Assembly: GCA_951406725.2 (NCBI GenBank)
Contig: OX597818.1
Coordinates: 46,748,001-46,812,000, forward strand
Source of the DNA: Octopus vulgaris
Taxonomy: Eukaryota
Direction: 5' to 3'
Length of the DNA: 64,000 nt
Shown piece by piece: positions 1 to 11,473 of this stretch. The notes beneath the pieces are model-generated. The model had not been told where the DNA came from and made no database searches. It was given only the letters and a program-made list of their open reading frames with translations. Position 1 is the first letter of the stretch; the number at the start of each line of letters is the position of its first letter. The position numbers were made by a program, and so were the translations under genes.

Positions 1-700
1 GTCGACTTTGCCTTTCATCTTTTCGGGGTCGATAAATTAAGTACCAGTTACACACTGGGGTCAATGTAATTGACTTAATCCATTTGTCTGTCCTTGTTTG
101 TCCCCTCTGTGTTTAGCCCCTTGTGGATAGGTATTTCGTCAGTCTTAACATTCTGAGTTCAAATTCCGCCAAGGTTGACTTTGCCTTTCATCCTTTCAGG
201 GTCAATAAATTAAGTACCAGTTATGTACTGGGGTCAATCTAATCGACTGCTCCACTCCCCAGAAATTTCGGGCCTTGTGCCTAGAGTAGAAAAGTATATT
301 ATAGCTTTCCAAGTAGCAAGCTGACAGAATTGTTAGCACGCCTGGCAAAAAATGCTTAGAGACATTTTGCCCGTCTCTACGTTCTGAGTTCACATTCTGC
401 CAAAGTTGACTTTGTCTTTCATCCTTTCAAGGTCCATAAATAAGTATCAGGTGAGCACTGGGGTCAATGTAATCAGTTTACACCCTCCCCACAAAATTTG
501 AAACCTATATTATTATTACCCATTAATAGAGGATCAGGAGAACTGTAGAATGGATAGAGTATCAGATAAAAAATACCTTGCAGTTTTAATTATGGCCTCT
601 TACATTCTAAGTTCAAATTCTATAGAGGTCAACTTTGATTTCATCTTTCCAGGTGGTGGGTCAACAAAATAAAATACAAATCGAGTGCTGTAGTTAATTT
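1..700 (+). mobile_element. Tandem cluster of SINE family B units (core GCCTTTCATCCTTTCGGGGTCGATAAATTAAGTACC)
   Basis: About four consecutive diverged copies with a B-box-like GAGTTCAAATTC. The same units occur at 1027-1290 and 34790-35250. Confidence 0.75.
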
Positions 701-716
701 AATCAATTATGTTCGT

Positions 717-1014
717 TGTTTGTTCCTTCTCGAGCCATGCCTGGGTCATAGGGCAGGTTTCCCAGTTTCCTTGGCATATAGGTTCCCCACCTGGACAGGA
801 CGCCAGTCCATTGCAGATGAACTGCAAGATGCAGGAGGAAAAAGTGAGAGAAAATTGTGGCAAAAGAGTCAGCAGAAGTTCGCCATTACCTTCTGCTGGA
901 GCCGCATAGAGTTTAGGAGTTTCTTAAACACACACATCGCCTGGTCTGAGATTCGAACCTTCGATCCCTCGACCGCAAGTCCGCTGCTCTAACCACTAAG
1001 CCATGTGCCTCCAC
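717..1014 (-). mobile_element. tRNA-derived SINE family C
   Basis: Minus-strand head with A-box TGGCTTAGTGG and B-box GGTTCGAATC. Closely similar copy at 17419-17706. Confidence 0.85.
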
Positions 1015-1026
1015 TTAATTATATAG

Positions 1027-1290
1027 CCAGTTATGCACTGGGGGGTCGATATAATTGACTTAATCCGTTCGCTTGTCCTCTCTGTGTTTAGCCCCTTGTG
1101 GGTAGTAAAGAAATAAGTATTTCATCTGCCGTTAAGTTCTGAGTTCAAATTCTGCTGAGGTCAACTTTGCCTTTCATCTTTTCAGGGTCAATAAATTAAG
1201 TACCAGTTATGCACTGGGGTCGATGTAATCGACTTAATCCATTTGTCTGTCCCCTCTATGTTTAGCCCCTTGTGGGCAATAAAGAAATAA
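1027..1290 (+). mobile_element. SINE family B, head-to-tail partial dimer
   Basis: Same core and tail as 1-131. Junction aaataa|gtatttcatc. Confidence 0.75.
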
Positions 1291-1868
1291 GAAACTGTGA
1301 AAGCTGATAAGGACAATTCCTATTTTTGGGGTGGTAGACTTAACTCATAATCTTGTTTAACACCTCCACCTCTATTTTGAGTGACTTTAGTGATGCCAAC
1401 TTTGTAGTATTTGATAAAGGTATCTGATCTGGGAATCCCTTTGTCTCACCAGTCGAAGTTAATGAAATGGACCATAGGGGCTACCGTTCCTCCTCTGACT
1501 AAGCAACTGTAAAATATGTTGATAAAGTTTACAGTGTTTTACTGAGCCATTCAAGACAGTGCTCCAGCATGGCTGCAGTCCAATGACTGAAACAGGTAAA
1601 AGGTAATGCCTGTCTATTTGAATAGATCATAAAATTTGTTGAGCTGTTTTAATTAAGAGTCTTTTGAAGATGGTTAATCAAGAAAGTAAGGAAACTACCC
1701 ACCAAGATATTCTTTTAAAAAGTACTATGACCAAGGTAAATGACTAGGAAAATTTAAATGTTTTCTCATAGCTATCATCTGATGAGACCTAGAAGTTAAT
1801 ATTTTGCAGTTCTTTAGCCAATTTTTACAATGTATTCTTAAGATTCAAACTTGGTCTTCAAGAACCTC

Positions 1869-2080
1869 AATTCAATTCAATTCGATTTTTATTGGCTCAA
1901 AAAGCAAAAGCAAGGCCATGTAGGAGGACAGGGAGTTATGTACAGGGAGGGTGGTCATACAAAGAGTTCAGGCCATTTCTGGTCAAGAGAGACTTTGAAC
2001 CGAGCGGTCGTCTGCATCTTCACTATCTTGTCCGGCAGCTTATTCCACACATCCACAACCCGGACAGAGAAGATTGAGAT
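1869..2080 (-). mobile_element. CR1-clade LINE 3' end, 5'-truncated
   Basis: ORF2 C-terminus FSVRVVDVWNKLP...FKVSLD, short 3' UTR, AATAAA and an (ATTGA)n tail. Confidence 0.75.
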
Positions 2081-3196
2081 GAAATTGTTGTAGATAGAGC
2101 TTTTTGGAGTGACCCAATATGTGTGTTGACAATTCTTGCATAATCCAAGAGGCAACACAAAAGAAAGTGATGTCTTCCCCAGGAGACTGAAAATCAATTT
2201 GTAAATTTTTAAAGCATGTATTTTCTCGTGGCTACCAGAGGACAAGAGTTGTAATTCAGCATCAATCCAATGTGTTCCACAATAACAGATATTAGATCCT
2301 TCATCAATAAAGTTTCCCAGATCTAACCAAACAAATTTTAACATGTAAGTCACACCCTTAACATTGAGCTAAAAACATTATGTATTGGACAACATCAAAT
2401 ATTCCCAAATTATATAATAGAGTGTATTAATTGCATCCTACTTTGCCCCATCAATTACCAATTTCTGTATGTTTTATGTATTTTCTGTCAACATATTTTG
2501 AATTTGTAAGCCCCTTATGTTCCTTCTTTGTAGTCCTTTATGTATTCCAACCATGACAACCCTGTCTTTTTAGGAGTATGTATCAATCTGCATGGCATTG
2601 TCTGATCAGATGAAAAAGACATTATTCAGTCATAGACTCAATTCTTCTTTATGGGTCATCAGCATAGACTGACAAAAAAAAGAAAGCAAGCTTGATGGTG
2701 CCTACACATGTATGTTGCATGTTCTTATAAAACATAGAAACAACATCCAATGAAAGAGAAGCTTTATGGAAATATCATCAATTTCTTGAGAGCAGAGGAC
2801 AAGAGGTGGTGGTCACTGCTAACAAAGCATAGATGAATTAATGAGGGAGTTGCATCTGTGGATCACAAACCATGGGAATTCTCATGTTAGGTGACTCAGA
2901 ATGACATACATTGGCCGTCATTCAGAATGTTGGTTTACAAATGGAAGACAAGAACACTTGGACAGAAAAAGTAGAAATGGTCCAGGCAACCCACCTGAAA
3001 CTATAAATAAAGACAGGCCTATATTATCTCATGTGATCTGACTGCTCTTTGAAGATAATAACATGCAATTTGAGGAGATAGGGCTGCTGTTTCTAGCAAG
3101 TCAAGCAACCACAATTTAAATTTCAAAGTTATCCCCCATGACTTTCTGTACCAGAATTAGAGTTGTTTTGTTTTTTCCCCACCACAAGTGTAATTA

Positions 3197-4459
3197 TTGG
3201 GTTGTCCGGAAAGTTTGTGCTGATTTATAGTAGCTTACCTTTCAACTTATTTTAGAACATGGTTGAGTCCATAAAATAGGATTTGACTACACCACCATTT
3301 AGAGCACAGTTTAAGCTATCTTTTCGTGGCAGAAGGTTTATGTTCCTATAACCTGTGTTAATTCTGTAACCCTTTAAAATGGAAGATAAGAAAGTTCATT
3401 TTCGGCACTTGATGCTTTTCTTTTTCCGTAAAGGGAAAAATGCCTCACAAGCAACCAAAAAATATGCACAGTTTACGGTTATATTTCTATATCTGAAAGA
3501 ACTGTACGGAAGTGGTTCGCAAGGTTCTGAGCTGGAGATTGTAGCCTTATTGATAAAGAGTGATCAGGCAGACCATCCACTACAGATGATGACCAAATCA
3601 AGTCATTAATTGAGAATAACCCACATTGTACAACCCGAGAATTGGCAGAAAGCCTCAACTTATCAAAATCCATCATTCATGAGCACCTGGTAAAGCTTGG
3701 GTATACAAACGCTACAATGTTTGGGTACCACATGAGTTGTGTGAGAAGAACCTTTTGGATCGCATTTCCATCTGTGATTCGCTTTATAAACAGAATGAAA
3801 ACACGCCTTTTTTAAAGCAAATTGTGACAGGTGATGAGAAATGGATTATCTACTGAAATGTTCAGAGAAAGCAATCCCAGAGTAAGTGACATGAGCTACC
3901 CTTAACCACCCTAAAAAAAGTTTTGTTTTGTGTCTAGTGGGATTGGAAAGGAATTCTGTACTATGAGCTTCTCCCAAGTAACCAGACAATTAATGCTGAG
4001 AAATACTGCACACAACTGGACGAGTTAAAAGCAGCAATTCAAGAGACACGTCCAGAATTGGCCAACAGGAAGCGTGTTGTTTTCCAACATGACAATGCAA
4101 GACTGCACATTTCTTTGGGAACCAGACAAAAATTGCTGAAGCTCAGCTGGGATGTGTTACTCCACCCTCCATATTCACCAAATATTGCTCCTTCAGATTT
4201 CCACTTATTCAGGTCTCTGAAGAATAGTCTTAAAGGTAAAAATTTCAATTCTTTAGATGACATAAAAGATACCTTGATGAATTCTTTGCCATGAAACCAC
4301 CTCAATTCTGGGAAGAGGGTATTTTCAAGTTAAAGGAAAGATGGAGATGCATTGTGCAACAAAATGGTTCAAATTTGGTTGATTAAAAATGTAATGGCAA
4401 GTATTTATTGACCTTTTTCTTTCCTTTAAAAATCGGCATGAACTTTCCAGACAACCCAA
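3197..4459 (+). mobile_element. Full-length decayed mariner (DD34D), mellifera-subfamily-like
   Basis: 30 bp TIRs TTGGGTTGTCCGGAAAGTTTGTGCTGATTT / AAATCGGCATGAACTTTCCAGACAACCCAA, with TA at 3195-96 and 4460-61. Length 1263 bp. Confidence 0.95.
3379..4386 (+). pseudogene. Mariner transposase pseudogene with frameshifts and stops
   Basis: MEDKKVHFRHLMLFFFRKGKNASQA, WVPHEL, VTGDEKW and HDNARLH...YSPNIAPSDFHLF with 34 residues between the last two Asp. The motifs are spread over several frames. Confidence 0.92.
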
Positions 4460-6486
4460 TACAATTAAATTTTTCGATGAGGGCCCACTGCATTAAGTAA
4501 ATCAATACTGACTCCGCTCAAATTTGTTATGGTTAGATGCTGAAACATTGGCTTCTCTGAAAAATGGAGTGTATTGAAATAAATAAACAGGTTGTTCTTC
4601 ACAGAGCAATGATGATGATGACAATGATGATGGTGGTGGTGATGATGATACTTTTGCATATAAAATATATCAATAAATATTCATTTGTATTTGAAAAGCA
4701 ATTCATAGAGGAAAAACGGCTCAAATTTCCGAAATGAGTCTTTTAATAGATGTAAAAGAATAAGACAATAAGAAAGACAAATATCAAGGCACTTGGTAAT
4801 CCCCATCAACACTAAGGGAGCACCATCAACCTAAAATAACAGCAATGATGAATTGTTTCTGGAAACAAAATTCAGAAATTAATATTTTCTTTTATAAATA
4901 GATTTAAAAGGTAAAATTCTTTATCTAGTTTGAAATATCATACAACTCAAAACATTATTTTTTTTACTGGAAATCTATTGGTAAAGAAAGATAACATAAA
5001 ATAACTACATATTTTTTTTAAAACATTTTGTTTCAGGATTAAAAAATTATAAAAATTTAAAGCTACAGATCATTATAAAAGACACTTTTAGGAAAGGGAA
5101 CCATATTTACATACACACACACATGTATGTACACATATATATACATACAAACACACATACATGTGTGCATATATATATTATATATATACATACATATATA
5201 TATATATTATACACACACTATCACAAGCAGATGCAGTTTTGGTTTTGTCTTTTTTCTTGAAGATGTGCTTTAAAATTTACTTTGAATTAGAGAAAATGCA
5301 TAATTTTTTTTTTTAATTTGAGGTAAATAAACCTTATGCTAATACAGCTAACACCTGAATTATTTAATCTGTAAGATAATTAAATATTAGATCTATCTCA
5401 ATAATATATATATATATATACCAAACAAATCAGCAAGATTAAAGCTCACAAACTGAAATAGAATTTGCTTTCTGCCATCTAAAATTCAAATGCCTTTATT
5501 AACAATATTGAAAAAGATTGCAAGCCAACTTCCTAAGAACTGATTGTGGTAAACATTCATGAATCAGCAGCAACGTTATTCCAAGCTCACATAATTATTT
5601 CTGATGCCATAAACACTAACAGGGGAGGGATGAAAAAAAAATACAACCAGAACCATAACTGTACATCAAAAGACAAACAGAAAGAACAAACCAAAACTAT
5701 AACAGTATATGCAAAGACAAATATAGGAGTAATGACTCCAATTTTTAACAGTATACCTTAGACATATTTTTTATATATTTAATCAAATTTAATACCAGTG
5801 GGACATAAGGCCTTGAATAATGATTGCCATTTATTCTCATCTTGTATCATATATTGTGCTTCACCATCTGAGAGATTTATCTCGATCAATGTGGCTTTTA
5901 TTATTTCTGTCAAATGCTCTTTGGGCAACTGGGTTTGCTTTTTCCTGGTGGACTCTATATCACAATGTTGTTTTTAGTTATGTTATAAGATGCATTTTAA
6001 GCTTGTTTTAGCCAAAGCAGACATCTAATCTATAGACAGTTGATCTGCCAAAGCCTTTAAAGATAGATACTGGTTAACCAGCCATAAAAAGGAATCCAAC
6101 TAAAAATAAAAAATAATATCGATAAGTCCCCTCTACACAGACACACAACCACACATACCATGAGAAGACATTTTCTTACAAGTGCTTGCAGCTGGAATAT
6201 TTTATGTACCTTTTATATAAATGTATATATACATACATACACACACACTTATGTAAAGTTCCTGTATCTATGAATGTATATACATATGTGTATGTATATA
6301 AAGTGCAGGTACACAGTGAAGTGCATGGTATTAGGAAGGGCATCCAGCCATAGGAAACATGTCAAAAGGGAACATACAAGCATGATGTGGTCCCTGACCC
6401 ATCTACGAGGGCAGTTACTCTGAAGGAGAACATGACAGTCTATGACAACCGACTCAAACCATGCCAGCATGGAAGAGTGCGTTTAA

Positions 6487-6704
6487 CCCTTTGGCATTTA
6501 AACCAGCCATACCCAGCCAAATTTTGCAGCCTGTTTTATGTTCAAACCAGCCAGATCTGGCCTCTCGCACCAACCCTACAATGTCGTTATAAAAATAAAC
6601 AATCACATCATCAAAATTTTGAAGCTACGAGATAATGCATGATTAATTCAAAACATTGAATAAATAAGCATTACTTTTGACAGTGTAATCTGAATGCTAA
6701 AGGG
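6487..6704. mobile_element. piggyBac-type MITE family 1 (CCCTTTAGCATT termini, TTAA target)
   Basis: TTAA-CCCTTTGGCATT...AATGCTAAAGGG-TTAG. Further copies at 19338-19810, 48029-48241 and about 51030-51340. Confidence 0.75.
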
Positions 6705-6760
6705 TTAGAAAGGATAAGGATATAAATACATACACACACACACACACTTAGATAAATGTA

Positions 6761-6810
<50 letters not shown>

Positions 6811-8720
6811 ACAAGAATCTATACACACACACACACAGGCATTATATTATACATATAAAGACACACTTACAAACACACATTTTCGTATCAGCTTATGTGC
6901 ATAGTCTGCATGACTGTACATACATTTTACATAATGAATTTGACTAAGCTTCCTGAGATGAAAACAACTGTCTCACTAAAGACATTAACCTCTGAAATGC
7001 CAACAAAACACTAAGGATTTTTTTTGACAGCAAAATGAAACAAATTCTATTAGAAACTGGACAATAAAAACAATCAAATCTGAATTGTTAATAACCCAGA
7101 TGTACATAAACTGACAGGGAGTGATATTTTCCAATAGCAAACAACCATAATCCATGTATAGAGGAACGGAACATAATTTCCACAAAACATAACATAGGTA
7201 GTAAATATAAAACTTGAAAAAAATATATTGAAATTAAGTTATTCCCAAATAACATAGAGAAACAGTATAAAAAATCAACAACAGCTGAGTTCACCTGTAT
7301 CAGCAATTCTGATAAAAAAAAATCAATGCCAAAAGGAAAGCCTAATATTCATGTTATGCCAGAATTTGTTTTATTTTCAACTCAGAAATAAACTATTAAT
7401 TATATTGAGTTATTAACTAAGTTTGAAAAAAAAAATTACAAAATAGTTTGATACACAATTTTCTTTTTTTTAATTTGAATTTAAATGAGGTGTATTAATT
7501 CATTATAGAAAGCTTTGATTGATGTCAATGGTAAATTTCAAATGTAGGAAGATGTTAAGTATGATACACATCAATAATACGTTGCCCAATGTACAGAAGA
7601 ACATTCTCAGCAAATACATATCCATATTATTTACAATTTCTTGCAAAATCATCTCTTATAAAGATAGCCAAGTGTCTTGAGAAAGAAAAGAAGAAGCTAG
7701 GTTTTTAAAGAAACTTTTTTTATCACCCAAAATGCATTTTGGTTTTCAGAAAAGTATATAAAAAATAATAACAAAAGAAAAAAAAAAGTATTTTTACAAA
7801 CTTATAAACAGAAAAATTGTTTTAAGTATACTTGCAGTTTTCAAACAGTTTAATAGGGGAAGGAAAATATACGATAACTATTTGATAACTAAAATAATAA
7901 ACCTTAAATAATAAAATTATCATTTTAGCTTCATTTGCATTATCTTTTTTATATAATTGTTTGCTAACTTAACATTCAGATTTTAACACTTTATTATATT
8001 GTTATATTGTTTTCTAATTATATAAATTTACATAAACCAACTTATAATTTTATTTCAGGTTGTTATGTCATATATAATAAAAAAAATAATAAAAATAATA
8101 ATAATAATGAATAAAGAATATAATTTTTAGCTTGAAGTGATAACTGCATGATATCCTTATATATTTGTATTAGTCCATCCATGAAGAATGAGGTACTAAA
8201 CATATTCCTTCCCCTAAGTCCCTGCAACATAGGTGGGAGCAGTGAATGGAAATGTGATAGAAGGAAATACAAAGAACACCGCATAAAAAGAGAAAGGTTG
8301 GTACAGCAGCTTTGGTGACAGTAGACAACTTGTAAATCACTGCAGAAATGGATACTTTCCAGGAGATAAACAAGAAAACATTTTGTTCTATTATACACTT
8401 TTACTATTACGAATTAATAAAATGATTTCTTTTGCATAAAAACTTTTCAGGCTCTTTTTGTTTTTTTTACAGGCTTTTTGTTCAGGATTCTTTTTTTAAA
8501 TAGTTTTCTCTTTGTTAATCGTAGACAAGAAGGATAATAGTAAACATGACAGCAGTGGGAGTATTTGAAGCAATATTCTCAAGATAGATGAATAAAGCTT
8601 GAAAGAGGGTGAAGGCTAATGAAAATTCAGAAATCATTTCCATCAAATTCTTTCCAACAAGAGGTGTCCTTTGTAGCAAGAGAAGAGAGAGAAGATAGAA
8701 AACGATGAGAAGCCAATGAT

Positions 8721-8927
8721 TTAGAAATCTAATGGATACATAAATGCTTTCACAAGATATAATTTTTCAGAATCTTGTTTATATATAGGGTGTTTCTTAT
8801 AATGTTCTATCATATCATCAAGTGATGAGAAAGTCTGCTGTCCAATCTGATATACTCCATCGTTTACTTGGACACGGAAATGCTTGTTCCGACCAGGAGC
8901 TTTCAAAACAACAGTATAATGTCCAAC
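8721..8927 (-). CDS. NCK: Nck/Dock-family adaptor protein, last coding exon (C-terminal part of SH2 and stop)
   Basis: Acceptor tttctcattttAG at 8929-8928, then [20 protein letters not shown]...[10 protein letters not shown]...[15 protein letters not shown]. In phase with the upstream exon and matches the Nck SH2 C-terminal half (KNKHFKV, EHYKKAPIF, EKLYLVK). Confidence 0.95.
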   Translation of the reverse strand, partial: VGHYTVVLKAPGRNKHFRVQVNDGVYQIGQQTFSSLDDMIEHYKKHPIYKQDSEKLYLVKAFMYPLDF

Positions 8928-9289
8928 CTAAAATGAGAAAAGAAAAAGAAAATCAAATTAACAAAGCAAAAGTCAGCTTTATTTACACCCAAACACAACT
9001 CAACTTTATATACATAATCATTTACACATGACAAATTTTTGTTGTTCTCTGACATGATAAATCATCATTTAACATCCACTTTTCCAGGCTTGCATGGGTC
9101 AGATGACATTTACTGAGGCAGATGACATTTACTGAGGCTGAATGCCTTTCCTATCACCAACCCACACCTGTTTCCAAGCAAGGTAATATTTTCTCATGGC
9201 CAGGCATGTTGTTTTCATGTGGAAGACTGGAAACAAACAACATAACTTGTATGTTGGTGATGCTCAATTACAATCTTTATATGACATTA

Positions 9290-9609
9290 GACAGCATGAG
9301 CCCCACTTCAGTCATGAATGCCAATGGGATTGCACCTAGAAAGTTACCTTCTGAGGCACAAGTCCAGGCAATGTTGTTTATGAAAGACCAGCAGTCGCCC
9401 ATGCATACCGGCCTCTCCTCTCCATACCACTAATGTTATCCAAGGGAAAGGCAAAGGCCGATATAGCTTGGCACCAGTGACATCACATCTCATTTCTACA
9501 GCTGAGTGAACTGGAGCAACATGAACACAATACGCAGCCTGGTCCAGGAATCGAACTAACAACCTCACAATCGTAAGCTCGACACACTAACCACTGAGCC
9601 ATGCGCCTT
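9290..9609 (-). mobile_element. tRNA-derived SINE (additional family)
   Basis: Minus-strand head GGCGCATGGCTCAGTGGTTAG...GTTCGATTCC with A and B boxes. Confidence 0.65.
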
Positions 9610-10915
9610 CACAAACATCAAGACAAAGGTACACATAAACACATAGATATATATACAACAGGTTTCTTCCAGAAAGCCTTTGGTCAGCCTGGGGCCATAG
9701 TTGAAGACACTTGCCCAGGGTGCTATACAGTAGGACTGAAATCAAAATCAGGTGGCTGAGAGCAGCAATTTTACACTTTCCTACATTGGCAAGAATAAGA
9801 CACATTTGCAACACAACAAACCTATGCATTTTGAGGTTGACCTTTATGCTGTAAGGCCTGTCCTGATTGCCTCTTCCCAACATCCTTAATTTGAATCTAT
9901 TTTTGGATTCCCTTCCATTTGCATCACATACCCAAAACTAAGGTAGTCAATCCCCACATCTGCTGATACTTCTGATGGCCAGTCACTTTTTCTGTTCATT
10001 CATGCCTTTTCATAAACAAGTATTAAGTTTAAATTTATGAAACCTGTTTAGGTTGAGTTGAATTCATATCCACTAAAAGTAAGTCTCCAGTTTAGGATGA
10101 AACACAACAAAGTTCCATTTCCAACATCTCATTCATACAACATATTTCATCTTTGCTTTAAACTTAGAAGAATTAACATACCAATGCTTTAGTACTGATA
10201 CAGAATTGTTTATCATATACACCATTTACCTAAATAAACTGAAAAAGTTTTCTAAATTGAAGATTCTTTAACCTTTTCAATATCAAATCTGCGACTGCCA
10301 CTGGTTCTATAATAAAAGCTTCCTTTAAAACCTTCTAACAAAATTTCATGTTAATTTCTGTTCCAAACACCAACTAAATAATGACAAAGTTATTCTATTA
10401 AATTCTTTATTATTTTAAAAATCAATTGAAACAAATGTGTATTTCAACAGAAATATAGTAACAAAAAGGTTTAAAGCAAATAATTCTATTATAGCTTTTC
10501 AGAATGATATATCATAATGCTTCCAAGTAGCTAACTATAGAATATACATACAAAAAACAAAGGGGGAAAGAAAGAGATTACATATCATTTGCTAGATAAT
10601 CATGGCAATCAAAAATTTTGAATAAATTATTCTAGAAAATGTAAAAATTATTACTAGATTAATATAAAATCCATATCTAATCTGAAGTTACATATTTGGT
10701 AGGACTGAGATTGACATATAAAGACTGTTTAATATCTTAGTTTTTAGAGTTTTCATTTAGGTTTTTCCTCTTCTTTGGTATATACATGGTGAAAAAGCAA
10801 GAGGTGGGGACTAACAAAACTTGTTCTAACAAATAGCATCATATACGGTATTATACCACATAGGAAAATAATTCAATATTTGAGGAAATAATATGGATTT
10901 CCTTTTTGACAACTA

Positions 10916-11384
10916 CCGTAAATCCTCGAGTATAGTCTGCCCTTGAGAATAATACGCAGGGGATTTTTAGGGGGCTGTACCTCTGAAAAACCTAAACCTT
11001 GTGTATAATACGCACCCCTTCTCTAACTTGAGTCAAGGACGTCTATATAACGTTCTTGGTTTGTAAAACTGTATATGGTAACGTCCTTTATTATTATTAT
11101 ATATATAACATAATGCAAATATGTAGCATTTTTGTGCATTTTGTTTGCAGAAGATAAAGAAATAACAGTAATAACGTTTAATAAATGTTGCTAACTGCAA
11201 GTTATGGATGATTTAATGTATTTTCACAAAATGCGTCTAAATAAACATTGCCAGACAGCAAATAGAGACTCAGACATTGCTTAGAAAATATTTTTCATTT
11301 TTAACCTCGTATATAGTACACACTAAGGATTTTGACCATTAAATTTTGGGGAAAAAAATGCGAATTATACACGAGGATTTATGG
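10916..11384. mobile_element. Tc1/mariner-pogo-type MITE (469 bp)
   Basis: TA-CCGTAAATCCTCGAGTATA...TATACACGAGGATTTATGG-TA terminal inverted repeats, with no ORF. Confidence 0.8.
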
Positions 11385-11473
11385 TAATCAAATAGATATG
11401 AAGGTGAACAGTCTAGTAATCAGGGTATTGCACTCGTGATTATAAAATCATGATTTTGATTCTTAGATTAGAC

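Noticed and set aside
1779-1800. CTGATGAGACC hammerhead core start
   Set aside because: No closing stem II or GAAA follows.
4465-4659. His-rich ORF (HHHHHHHH)
   Set aside because: Translation of an (ATG/GTG)n microsatellite.
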